A stretch of 63,310 nt of DNA, the filler included, from Octopus bimaculoides (lineage: Eukaryota): NCBI RefSeq assembly GCF_001194135.2. It is 3 parts of 3 records of this genome, joined end to end, with 100 filler letters (N's around TTAATTAATTAA, not from the genome) between each part and the next. Parts side by side here need not be neighbours in the genome. Positions count along the whole stretch, not along the records: positions 1 to 31,381 come from NC_068996.1; 2 more parts are not named here. One strand, 5' to 3'. Shown piece after piece: positions 12,126 through 25,504 of this stretch. The notes beneath the pieces are model-generated. The model saw only the letters and a program-made list of their open reading frames with translations, was not told the DNA's origin and did not search any database. Each line of letters opens with the position of its first letter. Within the stretch, counting starts at the first letter, position 1. Made by a program: the position numbers and the translations under genes.

Positions 12126-14250
12126 TGATAAACAAGAATATCTCCTGGAGGTCAAGAGAGCAAGGAGGGAGAACTGAACAGAGATCACACTGGAGGTGCT
12201 TCTCCATGTAAGGCCAGGCAGCTGGAGAAGATCCCTGGCCTGATCTCTCTACCGAATAGTACTGAGTTGAGAGTAATTGTAGAGGGCAGACGTCTGAGAT
12301 GCCATGTTTGTGGTATGACAAATCATTTACAGGCGTTCTGTCCGCAAAACAAAAACAAGAGAGAAGAGATGAGGGCCCCATTGCCCATTCCACGGACATT
12401 GCTACAACAACAACGTCTACAGGAAAATTATTAAAAAATGAATCAACATCAGCATCTCAAGGCGGAACCACAGCGGCGACTCTATATGCGGCGGAAGGAC
12501 CGGTAGCAGCAGAAACAGCAGTAACAGCAGCACCACCACCGTTGCCATCAAAATGGACAAGTACTTCAACAGAGAGGACCACCCAGGGCTTTCCCCGACC
12601 CAACTCTCCATCTCTCTCTCTCTCTCAAACACTCACACATAGACACTCACACAAACACAAGCACTCACCCACTCTTATTAGAGGCGGACTTCACAGACTC
12701 CGATTCCAGCCAATTGGAAACGACGGAGCAGGTTTGTGAGGTTTTTGCAACCAACTCTCCTGTCAGCTAGCTCTACCCTATCCAGGCGTGCATCCAAAAT
12801 GGCGTTCCAATCGCCCACTAGAACCAAAGAGCGAGATGTTCTAAGGAAAACCTCCACACGTCAGAAGAAATCTGGTTTCCCCACCTCAGTCTAAAAGCAC
12901 CACCTTCACTGTTGCTCATATCCGGGATCACCAACTTACCTTCTGGGTTCAGGAAGATCATCTGTACCCCGAGATGCAGCTCTTTCCTAAACAGCATTGT
13001 CACACGAAGTCGGTGGATAGCGCTGATAAGGGTTATTAGTGTAAAGGCGGTAGGATTTAGTAAAGAAATAGTCTAAGAGGAATCTAGGATGGAGGGAAAA
13101 CTAGTCACCGACTGACGCGCTGCCAGTGAAACTGGCTTTTGATCAATTCTTCAATGCCAAGCATGAAGATTGCGTTATCAGAACTAGGGCGCGTACACTA
13201 AAACATGAGGGGACGAAAGCCATTTTATGGACCCGGGTGGTAAAAGTGAAACGTGGAAACAAAGCCACAATTCGGTCTTTGACGGGCCCAGACGGGCGCA
13301 CACTACAAGAATCCAAGCAGATGTGTACGGAATTTCAACGGCACTTCACCGAACTGTTCAGGGAGCGCGGTGTGTCGGGGATGGAGGAAGATTTCACTTC
13401 TTACCTCGACAGTATGCCGCGCCTTTCGGTCAGCGATGCGGAGTTCTACGAAATGCCGATAACAGCCGAAGACATACGGCGCGTGATGATAGGTTGCACA
13501 AGAGAGAAGTTTCCGGGGCTGGATGGTCTGCCCTTCGAGCTTTATCTTCATATGCCAGACTTATTCGGTGATCTCCTGGCAGTCATGTCGAACAGCTGCT
13601 GCTGTTGTTACTGCTGCTGGTGCTACTGGTGTTACTAATACCGCTACTGTTACTGCTGCTGTTGTTGTTTTTCGCTGCTCTCCTTTACTTGGGCAGACAA
13701 GGCAGTTTTCCTTTGCCTGGTGGCTGTGGCGAAAGAGGCTGTCTGGCATGAGGTTGTCTGGACGAGGCTGAAAGGCATGAGGACAGATACATTCCTCTTT
13801 GGTAGAGCTTTCATTGACTTCAAGTTTCACTTGAAAAATAAATTGTGGGTGAAGAGGGCAGTGTTATTTTCAAGTAAGTTTATTGAAAAGTTTATGAAGA
13901 TTGCGAAAATGGCAAGAGTGGAGGTGCCTCATTAAGTGTAGATCTGTGAGTCGAAGAAAGGGAATTAGAGAGGGCACTTGCTCTTTGTGTTCAGGGATAG
14001 TGGAGTCGTACTATATTAAATAGTGTGGTCATCCTATATTAGGTCATCCTGTATTAGGAAGACTACATCTCTATCACACCCCACCTTTTTCTTAACATTT
14101 GTATACTATATACATTTCCCTTCCTTTTCGTTGTATACCGTGTATACCTACTCTTTGTTATTTACTTTATCATCTCATTATATATAAATCTCCACGCTTT
14201 ATGTCTGTATTGTATTGCCCCCACCACAGCACCTTCACCCTGATAGCAAA
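12125..14250 (+). mobile_element. Tx1/L1-clade LINE, internally deleted (ORF1 knuckle, APE end, linker, RT start, C-terminus, 3' UTR)
   Basis: LRVIVEGRRLRCHVCGMTNHLQAFCP (~12270-12350); ORF 13126-13638 ...PITAEDIRRVM.GCTREKFPGLDGLPFELY; C-terminus AVAKEAVW...FKFHLKNK (13720-13935). The 3' UTR ends in (ATT)n. Confidence 0.75.
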
Positions 14251-14303
<53 letters not shown>

Positions 14304-14983
14304 TTATGTTTGACTTTTGTTTTGCATTTGTACAAGTTGGATCCAAGTCTCACCCAGAGACCTCAAGAGACAACAAGTTAGAAGTTCATGTAGGTGTTAT
14401 GCCTAGGGTACCATATATTTGGATTTGTACAGTTTTGTTCTAATGAATGTTTAAGAAACCATAAGAAAATTATGTGTTTGTTTTAAAATTTGAGATCACA
14501 TAGACAGTATTTTACGTAGGAATGGGCAGTTCCCATGAGCCCTATCTTTTGAACTTCAGCCATTTTGGGGTTTCCTNNNNNNNNNNNNNNNNNNNNNNNN
14601 NNNNNNNNNNNNNNNNNNNNNNNNNNNNNNNNNNNNNNNNNNNNNNNNNNNNNNNNNNNNNNNNNNNNNNNNNNNNNNNNNNNNNNNNNNNNNNNNNNNN
14701 NNNNNNNNNNNNNNNNNNNNNNNNNNNNNNNNNNNNNNNNNNNNNNNNNNNNNNNNNNNNNNNNNNNNNNNNNNNNNNNNNNNNNNNNNNNNNNNNNNNN
14801 NNNNNNNNNNNNNNNNNNNNNNNNNNNNNNNNNNNNNNNNNNNNNNNNNNNNNNNNNNNNNNNNNNNNNNNNNNNNNNNNNNNNNNNNNNNNNNNNNNNN
14901 NNNNNNNNNNNNNNNNNNNNNNNNNNNNNNNNNNNNNNNNNNNNNNNNNNNNNNNNNNNNNNNNNNNNNNNNNNNNNNNNNNN

Positions 14984-15051
<68 letters not shown>

Positions 15052-16614
15052 TCAGTAGTTTTATTTTTATAGTGTGCTTTCACTTCACTACCGAGCGCAG
15101 CTCTGTGCGCCTTGGGTATGTGCTGTGGTTTGCTGTGATGCTCTTATGGTTACTGAATTGAAAGTGTTTAACGTAGGATGTGTGCAGTGTCCAGTAATGC
15201 AATTTTCTGTATGTTATATATATTTGTAAGTCCTGGTGTTTTTGTTATGTATTTGTCTGAATATTCTTTTATCATACCTAATGCGCCTACTATGATAGGA
15301 ATTGTTTCTGTTTTTAGATTCCACATTCGAGTTACCTGCTGTGGAGATGGACAAGAAACATCAATACCAGCAGATGACATCAATTAGAAAGCATTTTTTC
15401 TTCATCATACATCAATTAGAAAGCATTTTTTTCTTCATAATCTCTGACAACTATATCTGGTCTATTGGCCTTAATTTCTCTATCTGTGTGTATTGGCATA
15501 TCCCAGAGTATGGTTGCTTTCTCATTTTCTGTGACCTTTTCTGGCGTGTACTTAAACCAACTTTTTTCTGTTGTTATTCCATAGTGTTGGCATAGCTTCC
15601 AGTGTNNNNNNNNNNTAGCCCAGTATTTACTATGTAGGGGCTTTTCTTGCCATCGTTTTATCATGGCCCATTGCTGTCCTAGTTTTAGTTTGGATTTCAT
15701 TTGTTTTACACCTTTTGTTGTTTCTTCTTCTTCGTATTTGTTAGGTAGTATGACTTCTTGTTTGTATCTGTCAGCTTCCTTAAAGACTGAAAACAGTTTT
15801 TTTGTTTTGTTCGTGTTTTGTGGCTATTTGTATTAGTTTTCCTTGCTTCTGAAGTAGGTATTTTTGCAGTCCTATGGTAGTTATTTTGTAATAGTTTTCC
15901 AGGTGTATAAGGCCTCTACCACCTTCTATACCTTGTATATATAGCCTTTCTATGTCAGATTTTGGGTGGCGCATCCTAGATCCTGTCATTATTTTTCTTG
16001 TTTTCCTGTCTATTTTGGTTAGTTCATTTAGTGTCCAGTTAAGGATATTGTAACTATAACGTATAACTAGGACGGCTAGTGTGTTGATACCTGCTATCTT
16101 GTTATTCGCATTGAGCTCTGTTTTTAGTATTGATCTAACTCGTCTATAGTACTCTTTCTTTATTTTCTCTTTCATTTGTGTGTGTTGTATCGTATCTAGT
16201 TCATTGATTCCTGAATATTTGTATGTTTGGCTTTGGTCTAATTCTCTTACTCTTCTTATTATTATTATTATTATTGTTGTTGTTGTTGTTATTATTGTTG
16301 TTGTTGTTGTTATTATTATTGTTGTTATTATTGTTGTTATTATTATTATTATTGTTGTTCCAAGTATCTCCCAGAGATCTCAAGAGACAACAAATTAGAA
16401 GTTCACGTTAGTGTTATGCCTAGGGTGCCATATATTTGGTTTTGTACATAGTGTTATTCTAGAGAATGTTTAAGAAACCATAAGAAAATTATGTGTTTGT
16501 TTTAAAATTTGAGATTACACAGTCATTATGGTCAGTTCCCATGACTACTATCCTTTGAATTTCTACCATTTTGGAATTTGCTGCTATCTACCAGGAAACG
16601 CCAAAATGGCAGAA

Positions 16615-16674
<60 letters not shown>

Positions 16675-16707
16675 GTTGTTGTTGTTGTTGTTATTGTTAT
16701 CATCATC

Positions 16708-16757
<50 letters not shown>

Positions 16758-17572
16758 ATAGTCTTATTTTTATAACGTGCTTTCACTGCACTATGGAGCG
16801 CAGCTCTGTGTGCCTTGGGTATGTGCTTTGGTTTGTTGCGATGGTCTTATTTTCATAGTACTGAAAGGATGTGTGCGGTTCCTAGTAGTGCTATTTTTGT
16901 ATGTTATATACACTTCTAAGTCCTGGTGTTTTTGTTATGTATTTGTCCGAATGTTTTTCTAGCATACCAAATGCGCCTGCTATAATAGGAATTGTTTCTG
17001 TTTTTAGATTCCACATTCGAGTTACCTCTATTTCCAGGTCTTTGTATTTTGAAAGTTTCTCCATTTCTTTTACAGAAACATTGTCATCTGTTGGTATTGA
17101 TACATCGATTAGAAAGCATTTTTCTTTCTTCATTATTAACATTATTATTATTATTATTATGTTGTTTTTTTCTTCTTTCTTCAAATTTTCTTCCATTTCT
17201 CGCCGAGTGATTTCCGTACACCTAGGGCAGAGAAGCTCATTGAAGCTAAGCTAAGTAGGTACTATTATTATTATTATTATTATTTTATGTTTGACTTTTG
17301 CTTTGCATTTGTACAAGTTGGATCCAAGTCTCACCCAGAGACCTCAAGAGACAACAAGTTAGAAGTTCATGTAGGTGTTATGCCTAGGGTACCATATATT
17401 TGGATTTGTACAGTTTTGTTCAAGTGAATGTTTAAGAAACCATAAGAAAATTATGTTTGCTTTAAAATTTGAGATCACATAGACAGTATTTTACGTAGGA
17501 TATGGGCAGTTCCCATGAGCACTATCTTTTGGACTTCAGCCATTTTGGGGTTTCCTGGTATCTGAGCTAGGT

Positions 17573-17623
<51 letters not shown>

Positions 17624-18743
17624 TTCTTTTTATCACAGGTTTTGTTGGAGCTCCGGCAGTCTTGCATGTGTAGCCTACAGTACCATGCTATTCGTTCTTT
17701 CCAGCTGTCTAATACTTTTTTTATTATTCTAGCCGTGCCAAGGAGGCAGTCCTTTTGTAACAGTTCTGCTGGGTACTCTATTCCAATTTCCTTTATATTC
17801 CTCTTGACGCCTTCTGATACTGTTCCCAAGGACCCAACAATAATTGCCACTATCTTCAACTTCTTCATTTTGTACAGCCTGGTATTTCGTACTTAAGAGT
17901 GTTGTATCTATCAACATTTTCGTCTTCCTTCTTGACATTCGTGGGTCAAAGGGACATGCAACGTTAACTATATAGCATATGTGGTGCACCTTGTCTATCA
18001 CTACCACTAGGTTCGGTCTGTTATTCTCTAGCACCTGATCAGCTTGGATTGGGAAATCCCAGATGATTTTGCTAGTCTCCGACTTTGCTATTCTTTGCAG
18101 TTAGTGCTCATACCATGTTTTACCACTCTCGAGACCCCACTTTTCGCAGTTTCCATCGTAGCACTTTCGCTACATGGTCGTGTCGCCACAACTTGTAGTG
18201 GTTTGGGGCAAGTCTGGGGCATTCGTTCGTGATAAAGGCAATGGTTTCATCTGCTTTATTGCAGATGCGGCACAGCGGAGACACTTGCTCATTCCTAAGG
18301 TTGACCCTCCAGTTCGTGACCAAAGTTTGGTCTTGCGCTGCCAGTATAGTGCTCTTGGTCTCTTTTTTTTTTTTAATATTCTTTCATCAGCAATCCCACC
18401 TATTTTTTCCAGCAACTTCTGATTGTGTAGTCCCTTCATGCGTAATTCTTCTTCATGTCCTTTTTGTACTTCTTCCTTTGTTTCCCTTCCTTCTCTCCTT
18501 TCAATACTCCCGCGTTCTTAACTTTCTCTAGCAAGGTTTCCTTAGTTTGGGTTATGTATCCCATTAAGCTCTCAAGTTCGATACGCCCGCAGTCTTCCAC
18601 ACTTATCAGTCCCCTTCCTCCATTCATGTATAGGTGATCAGTATCGGCATGTAGATGATGGCCTCCATGCATCGTTAGGAGCTTTCTTGACTTCCTGTCC
18701 ATCTCCTTAAACTCCTCCTCTGTCCACTTCAGGATTCCAGCGC

Positions 18744-18798
<55 letters not shown>

Positions 18799-18800
18799 TC
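14251..18800 (-). mobile_element. Cluster of 5'-truncated R4/Dong-like retrotransposon 3' ends embedded in (TAA)n microsatellites
   Basis: Fragments at 14303-14576, 15051-16255, 16360-16615, 16755-17140, 17283-17570 and 17622-18745 are each bounded by (ATT)n. They carry RLE motifs (RPDIVVRD, IDVSIPTD, KEMEKLSKYKDL, IQKIALLDTAHILR) and post-RT motifs (HPKSDIERLY, GGRGLI). Confidence 0.85.
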
Positions 18801-18814
18801 TAACTCCAAGAAAG

Positions 18815-19945
18815 TGAACATTGGCGTATCTGTACGCTGTACCTTGAAAAACAGCCGCGAAAAGAGTAAGCCCTGTTCATTGTGCAACAACATGAGTCAA
18901 GTGAATTCTATCAGGAATCATAACAGAAATATTATGATTTATACAGAAGGTGGGACATGTAGAGATTCCCATTTGGTGTACGCGGCAGAATGCACGAAAC
19001 ACNNNNNNNNNNNNNNNNNNNNNNNNNNNNNNNNNNNNNNNNNNNNNNNNNNNNNNNNNNNNNNNNNNNNNNNNNNNNNNNNNNNNNNNNNNNNNNNNNN
19101 NNNNNNNNNNNNNNNNNNNNNNNNNNNNNNNNNNNNNNNNNNNNNNNNNNNNNNNNNNNNNNNNNNNNNNNNNNNNNNNNNNNNNNNNNNNNNNNNNNNN
19201 NNNNNNNNNNNNNNNNNNNNNNNNNNNNNNNNNNNNNNNNNNNNNNNNNNNNNNNNNNNNNNNNNNNNNNNNNNNNNNNNNNNNNNNNNNNNNNNNNNNN
19301 NNNNNNNNNNNNNNNNNNNNNNNNNNNNNNNNNNNNNNNNNNNNNNNNNNNNNNNNNNNNNNNNNNNNNNNNNNNNNNNNNNNNNNNNNNNNNTGCTCTC
19401 GTTCATATTTTAAATTTAAATTTCTATAATTTTGAATTTTTATCATTTCTTATTTTGAACTCGACAAAGACAGGCTTTCTGTCGAAATATCGTTCAACCA
19501 ATAAAATATCTATTACAATCGAATCACGCTCTTTTTGACTGTTTACATTTGTGAAGAGTTACGTTAATCCCTTTAAAATATTAAAATCAAGTAGATTGAG
19601 ATGATTGATTTTATGGTACACAGAATAAGAATTGGAACATATAGAAATTCTGGAAGTTACACCAAAGCAGCCGGGTGTCTATGGAAAATCGTAATGTAAA
19701 TTATAGCTTTTGCGTTTTATTCCTTCTTACAGTTGGCTTGTCAGCCCTGTTACTTTCGCTAGACCCCAGTGTTGAGCCCAATCCTGGGCCAATGGATTTT
19801 GTACCATTCAAATACGAATCAGAAATTGAGAAATCGACATTTCTATTAGGTTAAAAAATCGTTTTCGTGCTAAAATCAAAAAGCTATTTATCATTTCTGA
19901 AAACATGTAGACAAGAAAAAGTTATACCGGACGGCCTTACACCTT
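18815..19945 (+). mobile_element. Penelope-like element junction (GIY-YIG end, gap, 3' UTR with HHR-like motif and AATAAA, next ORF N-terminus)
   Basis: KPCSLC...GGTCRDSHLVYAAECTKH (18865-19002); HHR-like motif 19455-19497; AATAAA 19500-19505; KSKSYLSFLKTC..EKVIPDGL (19870-19945). Confidence 0.7.
19455..19497 (+). ncRNA. Degenerate minimal hammerhead motif in Penelope 3' UTR
   Basis: Stem I TTGAAC/GTTCAA, stem II GACAG-gcttt-CTGTC, then GAAA-T-ATC. The core TCGACAAA carries 3 substitutions relative to CTGACGAA. Confidence 0.5.
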
Positions 19946-19964
19946 TAATAATAATAATAATAAT

Positions 19965-21770
19965 AATAACGTTATTACATTCTAATTTAATTAGCAAGTA
20001 TGTTATCTTCAGGTTTGGTGATAAAATCTCCGCGAACTCAAGAATCTTTCTTGCAGGATAGAAGATAGTACTTTTCTGCAGGTCGACAATGCAAGTCTCA
20101 ACTCTAATTTCTTTTAGTCTCTTAAGTAACATATTGTGTGTTTTACTAAGTGCACCACTTACCACAGGAATAATTGTTGTCTTTGTCTTTTCAACTTTTT
20201 GGCTAGGTCCTTGTATTTCTTGAGAATTCTTTTCAATTTCTTTGGTATTTCTTTGATCATTTGTTTATTTTGTCCTTCATATATCTGGCCTTCTTGCCTT
20301 AAATAGTATTGTCGGTTTTTATGGGAAAGTCCCATATGATCCTATAATTCTTATTCTCACTCACAGCCTCTGGTTCGTGTTCATATCACTTTCCTGTTAT
20401 CTCAATGCCACACAATTGGTTAGTTTCCCAATGCATTCTTTTACCTACACAGTTATGCCTGCACTTATACTCTTTTTCTGCTAGCTTACTGTACTCACTC
20501 AAGAGATGACAGATGCTTTTATCTCCTTTCCTGCAGATTCTACATTTTCTGCCCGACTAAGTTTTGCCGATTTTTGCTTTTATCGGATTTGTCCAAATGA
20601 TTGTTCCTCGGCGGCTATTCCACTTCGATATCTCATTCAGGTTTTCGTCGATCAGTCAAAACCAGCATTCTTTACTTCCAACATTCTCGGTTTGCATGAA
20701 TTGGCCATATAATTTCATTTTCCTTTCCGCTTTTGTTGTTCTTCCATCTCTCCTTAAAGTTTCTTACTGATTCAGTAACTTATTGGGTATTTCTTGCTGC
20801 CGACAGCATTCATTCTTCACTCTGCACGACATGATTTTTCAACCCTAATATCACAGTTACTAACGGTGCCTTCTGAGTCTAGTCATCCTCTGCTTCCTGT
20901 TTTGTTTGATAAAATATGCCGGTATTATTTTTAGGGTGGTGTGCGTTGTGCATTGTGAGTAGCTTCCTAGTTATTTTATCCAAATTCTGTAACTCGGCCT
21001 TTGTCCGTTTCAGAAAGAAAGCAGTGTATCTTAATACTGGCATAGCCCACTTTAATTGTATTCTCTCCGTTTAATTTTGTTTCGAGTGCCATCATAATTC
21101 TCTTCTTATCCTCTTTGAAGATTTTCTCTCAAATTTTTCCTATTATTTTATCGTTTTGCAGCACCCCTACGGATTTGTATGCCTTATTATTCCACAACGG
21201 TCTAATGATGTTGTCTTGTGGTAATTTTATGCCATCAGAGTTTATCTTCGGTCTCTCTTTCTAATTAGCACTGCGTTCTTATCTACCCCAAACTACATTC
21301 CAATATTCTTACTGAATACTCTTACTGTTTGAATCAGAGACTCCAGTTCTTTCGCATTTTTGTACACATCTTGCGGTCATCCATATAAAGTAGGTGATTT
21401 ATTTTCACCTTGCTTTTGGTAAACTTTCAACTAGACCTGGATTTTCTCAGTATACTTGTCAAAGGGCTTAATGCAATGACAAAAGGTAGCAGAGAGAGTG
21501 AGTTCCCTGGAAAATTCTCCTACGTATTTTCAAGTTTTCTAACGACTCATTTACACATCAGTTCTATTTCCCATACTCTCATTGCTTTTCCAAAAGTTGT
21601 TTATCTTTAGCAGATCAGCAGTCCCTCTTGACTTCTTTCTGCATCTTTTTATTTTTTTTTTTCCTGGCAATAGATTCTTCTTTTTGGAAAAATTATATAT
21701 TTCATCTGCTGTGAGGCCAGTTAATAATTTGTAGAGTAAAGGTAAAGTAGTAGGTCTGTAATTACTGGCT

Positions 21771-21820
<50 letters not shown>

Positions 21821-22262
21821 NNNNNNNNNNNNNNNNNNNNNNNNNNNNNNNNNNNNNNNNNNNNNNNNNNNNNNCTCTCTCTCTCTCTCTCTCTCTCTCT
21901 TCTTTGTTCTATTTCAGTAGTCCTTCATTTTGTCATCCATGTTCGCGTTCCATTTTTTATGCAGTCAATAAAAAATGGTTTATAAGGTTGTATGTACTTG
22001 GGAGATTTTTGAGCCAAAATCCCTGAACAAAATTCGTGATCTTTCCAGTGTGGTATTTTCTTTTATTTTCTTATCCATAATTATTATATTTTCTTGTTTC
22101 ACTCCATCTTCCATTTCACTTTTAAATTTCCGCGGCCAGGCTGCTTTCATATTATGTTGGACTTCTTTGCTCCAGATTCCTGCCTAGAATTTTCTTACTG
22201 CTTCAGCATCTGTCACATCTTGTCCCCAGCCCCAATACTGCTGGCCTTATGACAAAATTTGA
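19965..22262 (-). mobile_element. R4/Dong-like retrotransposon (RT to RLE), degenerate, interrupted by (GA)n and a gap
   Basis: PSNYRPT..LYKLLTGL (~21740); WMTK.RT (~21930); RLE end VSGALS...LQKSTI (19884-20165). Confidence 0.75.
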
Positions 22263-22264
22263 AA

Positions 22265-25200
22265 CTATTATTATTGTTGCTCTTTTATTGGCAGGTAAAG
22301 TCGTTCTATATCTGCCTTAGGGTGGTGCATTCTATGCATTGTCAACAGTTTTCGTATTTTTCTGTCAAGATTACGTATTTCAGTGATGGACCAGTTAAGG
22401 ATATTAAAACTGTAAGTTACGAGTGGTATGGCTAGAGCATTGATCGCTTCGATCTTGTTTCTTGCATTCAGCTCTGTCTTGAGTATTGCTCTTACCCTGC
22501 GATAACATTCTCTTCTGATCCTTTCCCTCATCATTGAATGCTTGATTCCATCACCTTCAAATACACTTTCATGACATTCTTCTGGTCAAGATTAATGTTG
22601 GATGTTTCTGTCATTTTGATAAAGGTAGCTTTTTCACATTTATCGAGGCCAAATTTCATCATTATGTCATCACTGAATTGTTTAACAATTTCTAGCGAGC
22701 TCTGTAGTTTTTGAACATTTCTTGCAAAAAGCTTTAAGTCATCCATGTAAATGAGATGATTTATATTTTTATCAAACATTTTATAGTCATATTGTGCATA
22801 TTGTACATCATCGAGAAATTTCGAGAGAGGCATTAAGGATAGACAAATGAGTAGTGATAGAGAGTCACCCTGGAAAATGCCACATGAAACTCTTACATTT
22901 CCAGCATTGAGAGATTCATTGTTACTGCTCAAAGTCAGTGTGGTTCTCCATGATCTCATGCTTACAGACAAGAAGTTTCGTAGAGTAGGTGCTATTTTAT
23001 ACATTTCCAGACATTTCTTAATCCAGCTATGTGGTAAACTATCAAAAACCATTTTATAATATATCCAGGCTATCGACAAGTTTTTGTGTCGTTTGTGACA
23101 ATCTTCCAAGATCATCTTATTGATGAGTAGCTGATATTTATAACCATATGACCCACGTTTACATCCTTTATGCTCATTAGGGAATATGCCACGTTCTATT
23201 AAAAAACTATAGGTATATTCAGTCAAGACAGACGATTAATATTTTATACATTGTTGCAAAGCAGGTTATGGGTCTATAATCTTTTGGTGTATTTGTTTCT
23301 TCATCTTTTGAAAGTAGGAATGTAACACCATTAACTAGCCAAGAGGGAATTATACCAGGTTGTTTCAAAACATTGTCGTAAAGTTTTGTTAGCCGTTCAT
23401 GATTCTCTGGGAAGGCATTGAACCAAAAGTTAGGAATGTTATCCTTTCCTGGAGACTTCCATTTGCTCGACTTCATGAGAGTAGATCTTACATTCTCTAT
23501 CTTGATACTCTCCCATTTTTGCTCTTCTGAAGAGTATAAATCAGTAGATATTCTATCAATCTAAGGGGCTTCTTTATTGTGTGTTTCTTCTGCCCAAATT
23601 TTATTCTAAAACTCCTGCACTTCTTCTTTTGATAGGACAGACTTTATTGTAACTGGTATTTTCCCTATATTCCTGTAAAAATTTGTAGGGTCATTTTTGA
23701 AAATGTTGTTGTCCTTGAAGAATCTAACGTACTTTTCATACCTTGTTATGCGGGCAGCTTTAGCACATACCTTTTGCTTCATTGTTTCTATGGTGGTATC
23801 GATATCAAATATGGTTTTCATATTATATTTTTTCTTTAATTTTCTGATTTTTATTGGTTTGATAGTCTTGTCAAACTTAGGGTTTTTAAACATTCTATGT
23901 GAGAACAAAGTAGCTGAATTTGGTGTTGAATGCGCTCTTGCCAAGTAGGTTTTTTGTGGGAATGTTGTCGTTTTCTAATCTTTTCACCACCTAGAATCGT
24001 TGAGATTTTCGCGGATGCATAGTACAGGTGGTTGAGATCTGTAATATCAACATCATTAGCTGAAATTATATACTTAAGTGAAAGGCGGATTTTACTAGCT
24101 ACTTTCAGGATTTGGTTAGAGTTGCGAATTTTGGGGAGAGTGTCGCGTTCATTCATACTAGTTTCTTTCATTTACAGACATTCAATCATGATTTGATTTT
24201 TTAGATCATGTAGTTCTGTTGGGTCAATTCCTGTGTGACTTTCTTCATTTATTTGATTTTCATCTACCTTGGTGTTTATGGTTGGTTCAGAGAGTATTTC
24301 ACTTTGCTTACCAGTTAAATTTACTCTTTCTATCGTTACTGTATTTTCATCAGACCTGGGCTGGTCTATAATTATTTCTTCTGTAGTATCTTCTTTAGCT
24401 GCAATTTCTTTCCCTTTATCCCTTACTGATTGTTTAATTTTGTCAATCTCTAATTCAGTTAGCAATTTCTTTTTCATTGTGTTTCTTCTGACGTTGGCAA
24501 GTTTGTTACTGTCCATGTAGGGTCTTACTTCAAGGTGCTTCTGTCTCCAGTTTAGGTAAGTTTGTTCAGTATTAGATTTTATTGTGGGGAAATACATGGC
24601 ATGATAGAAGGCCTTAAGAACTTCTTTATTATCTCCCCTAGACCATTTTTCATTCTTTACGTTTTGGTTATATGATGACGAGTGTGGATGGCTATCTGTT
24701 AGAATATTCCGGTTGTGGGTGCTTCCAGCTCCTGTGTTTCTGGAAGATTTGAACCAGTAGCTGATTTATTGTATCCGGTCTTGTTCCTCACTGGGTTACG
24801 CGGATCTTGATGGACCGGGTGACGGCTATTCGGTTTGTATTTTGCTTTGTTATCATTGAGGCATGACAAGCTTGGACATTAGGAGATGGATTTGTCTGTT
24901 TAGGATTCATTTTTTGAGACAACACCTCCTCAGAGTTCTTTGAATGAAAACATTGTTCGTGACGTAGCTTCTTAAGGCTAACAGATCTGTATTCGACTGT
25001 ATTTTTTTTTGATAAATTTCTCTCCGGGCATAGTTTTTTGTGGTATTTTTGAACTTATGAACTGTTCACTCTGTCTATGCTAGTTCGAAAAGTAGAAATA
25101 TTGTTTTGTTATTTTTTGTTTGCTTCATTCGTGACACGTGCTTTCATATGCGTGTATGCGTGTCCTGTAAATTTCACATAGTTGTGTAAACATTGGGATG

Positions 25201-25500
25201 TATGTGTAGTCCTATGTGTATTAAAATGTATATATGATTTTGTAGACATTCGAGTGTATGCGTAATTAATCTAGTTACCTATTCACTGTTTTGTTCCACT
25301 TATATTTTACAATTTGTAAACTTTCCAATGTTGATTTCGCATGTGTCTTTCGCACATATTTCACTGAGACATCGTGCATGGGAGAAACTTTGCTTTGTAT
25401 GGTAGTAAAATTTCGTTTTTGTGATTATTTTTAGTTGTTATTCATCGCAGAGCCTTATCATTCCTTCGTAACACAGTATAGGTAAAAATGCACCGGAGTC
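22265..25500 (-). mobile_element. R4/Dong-like retrotransposon, long copy with N-terminal domain and RT
   Basis: ORFs 24172-24597; 23219-23476 (KWKSPGKDNIPNFW...DYRPITC); 22531-23226 (EHKGCKRG...GIFQGDSLS...LIYMDDLKL); 22271-22534 (ELNARNKIEAIN...HPKADIERLY). Confidence 0.85.
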
Positions 25501-25504
25501 TTTA

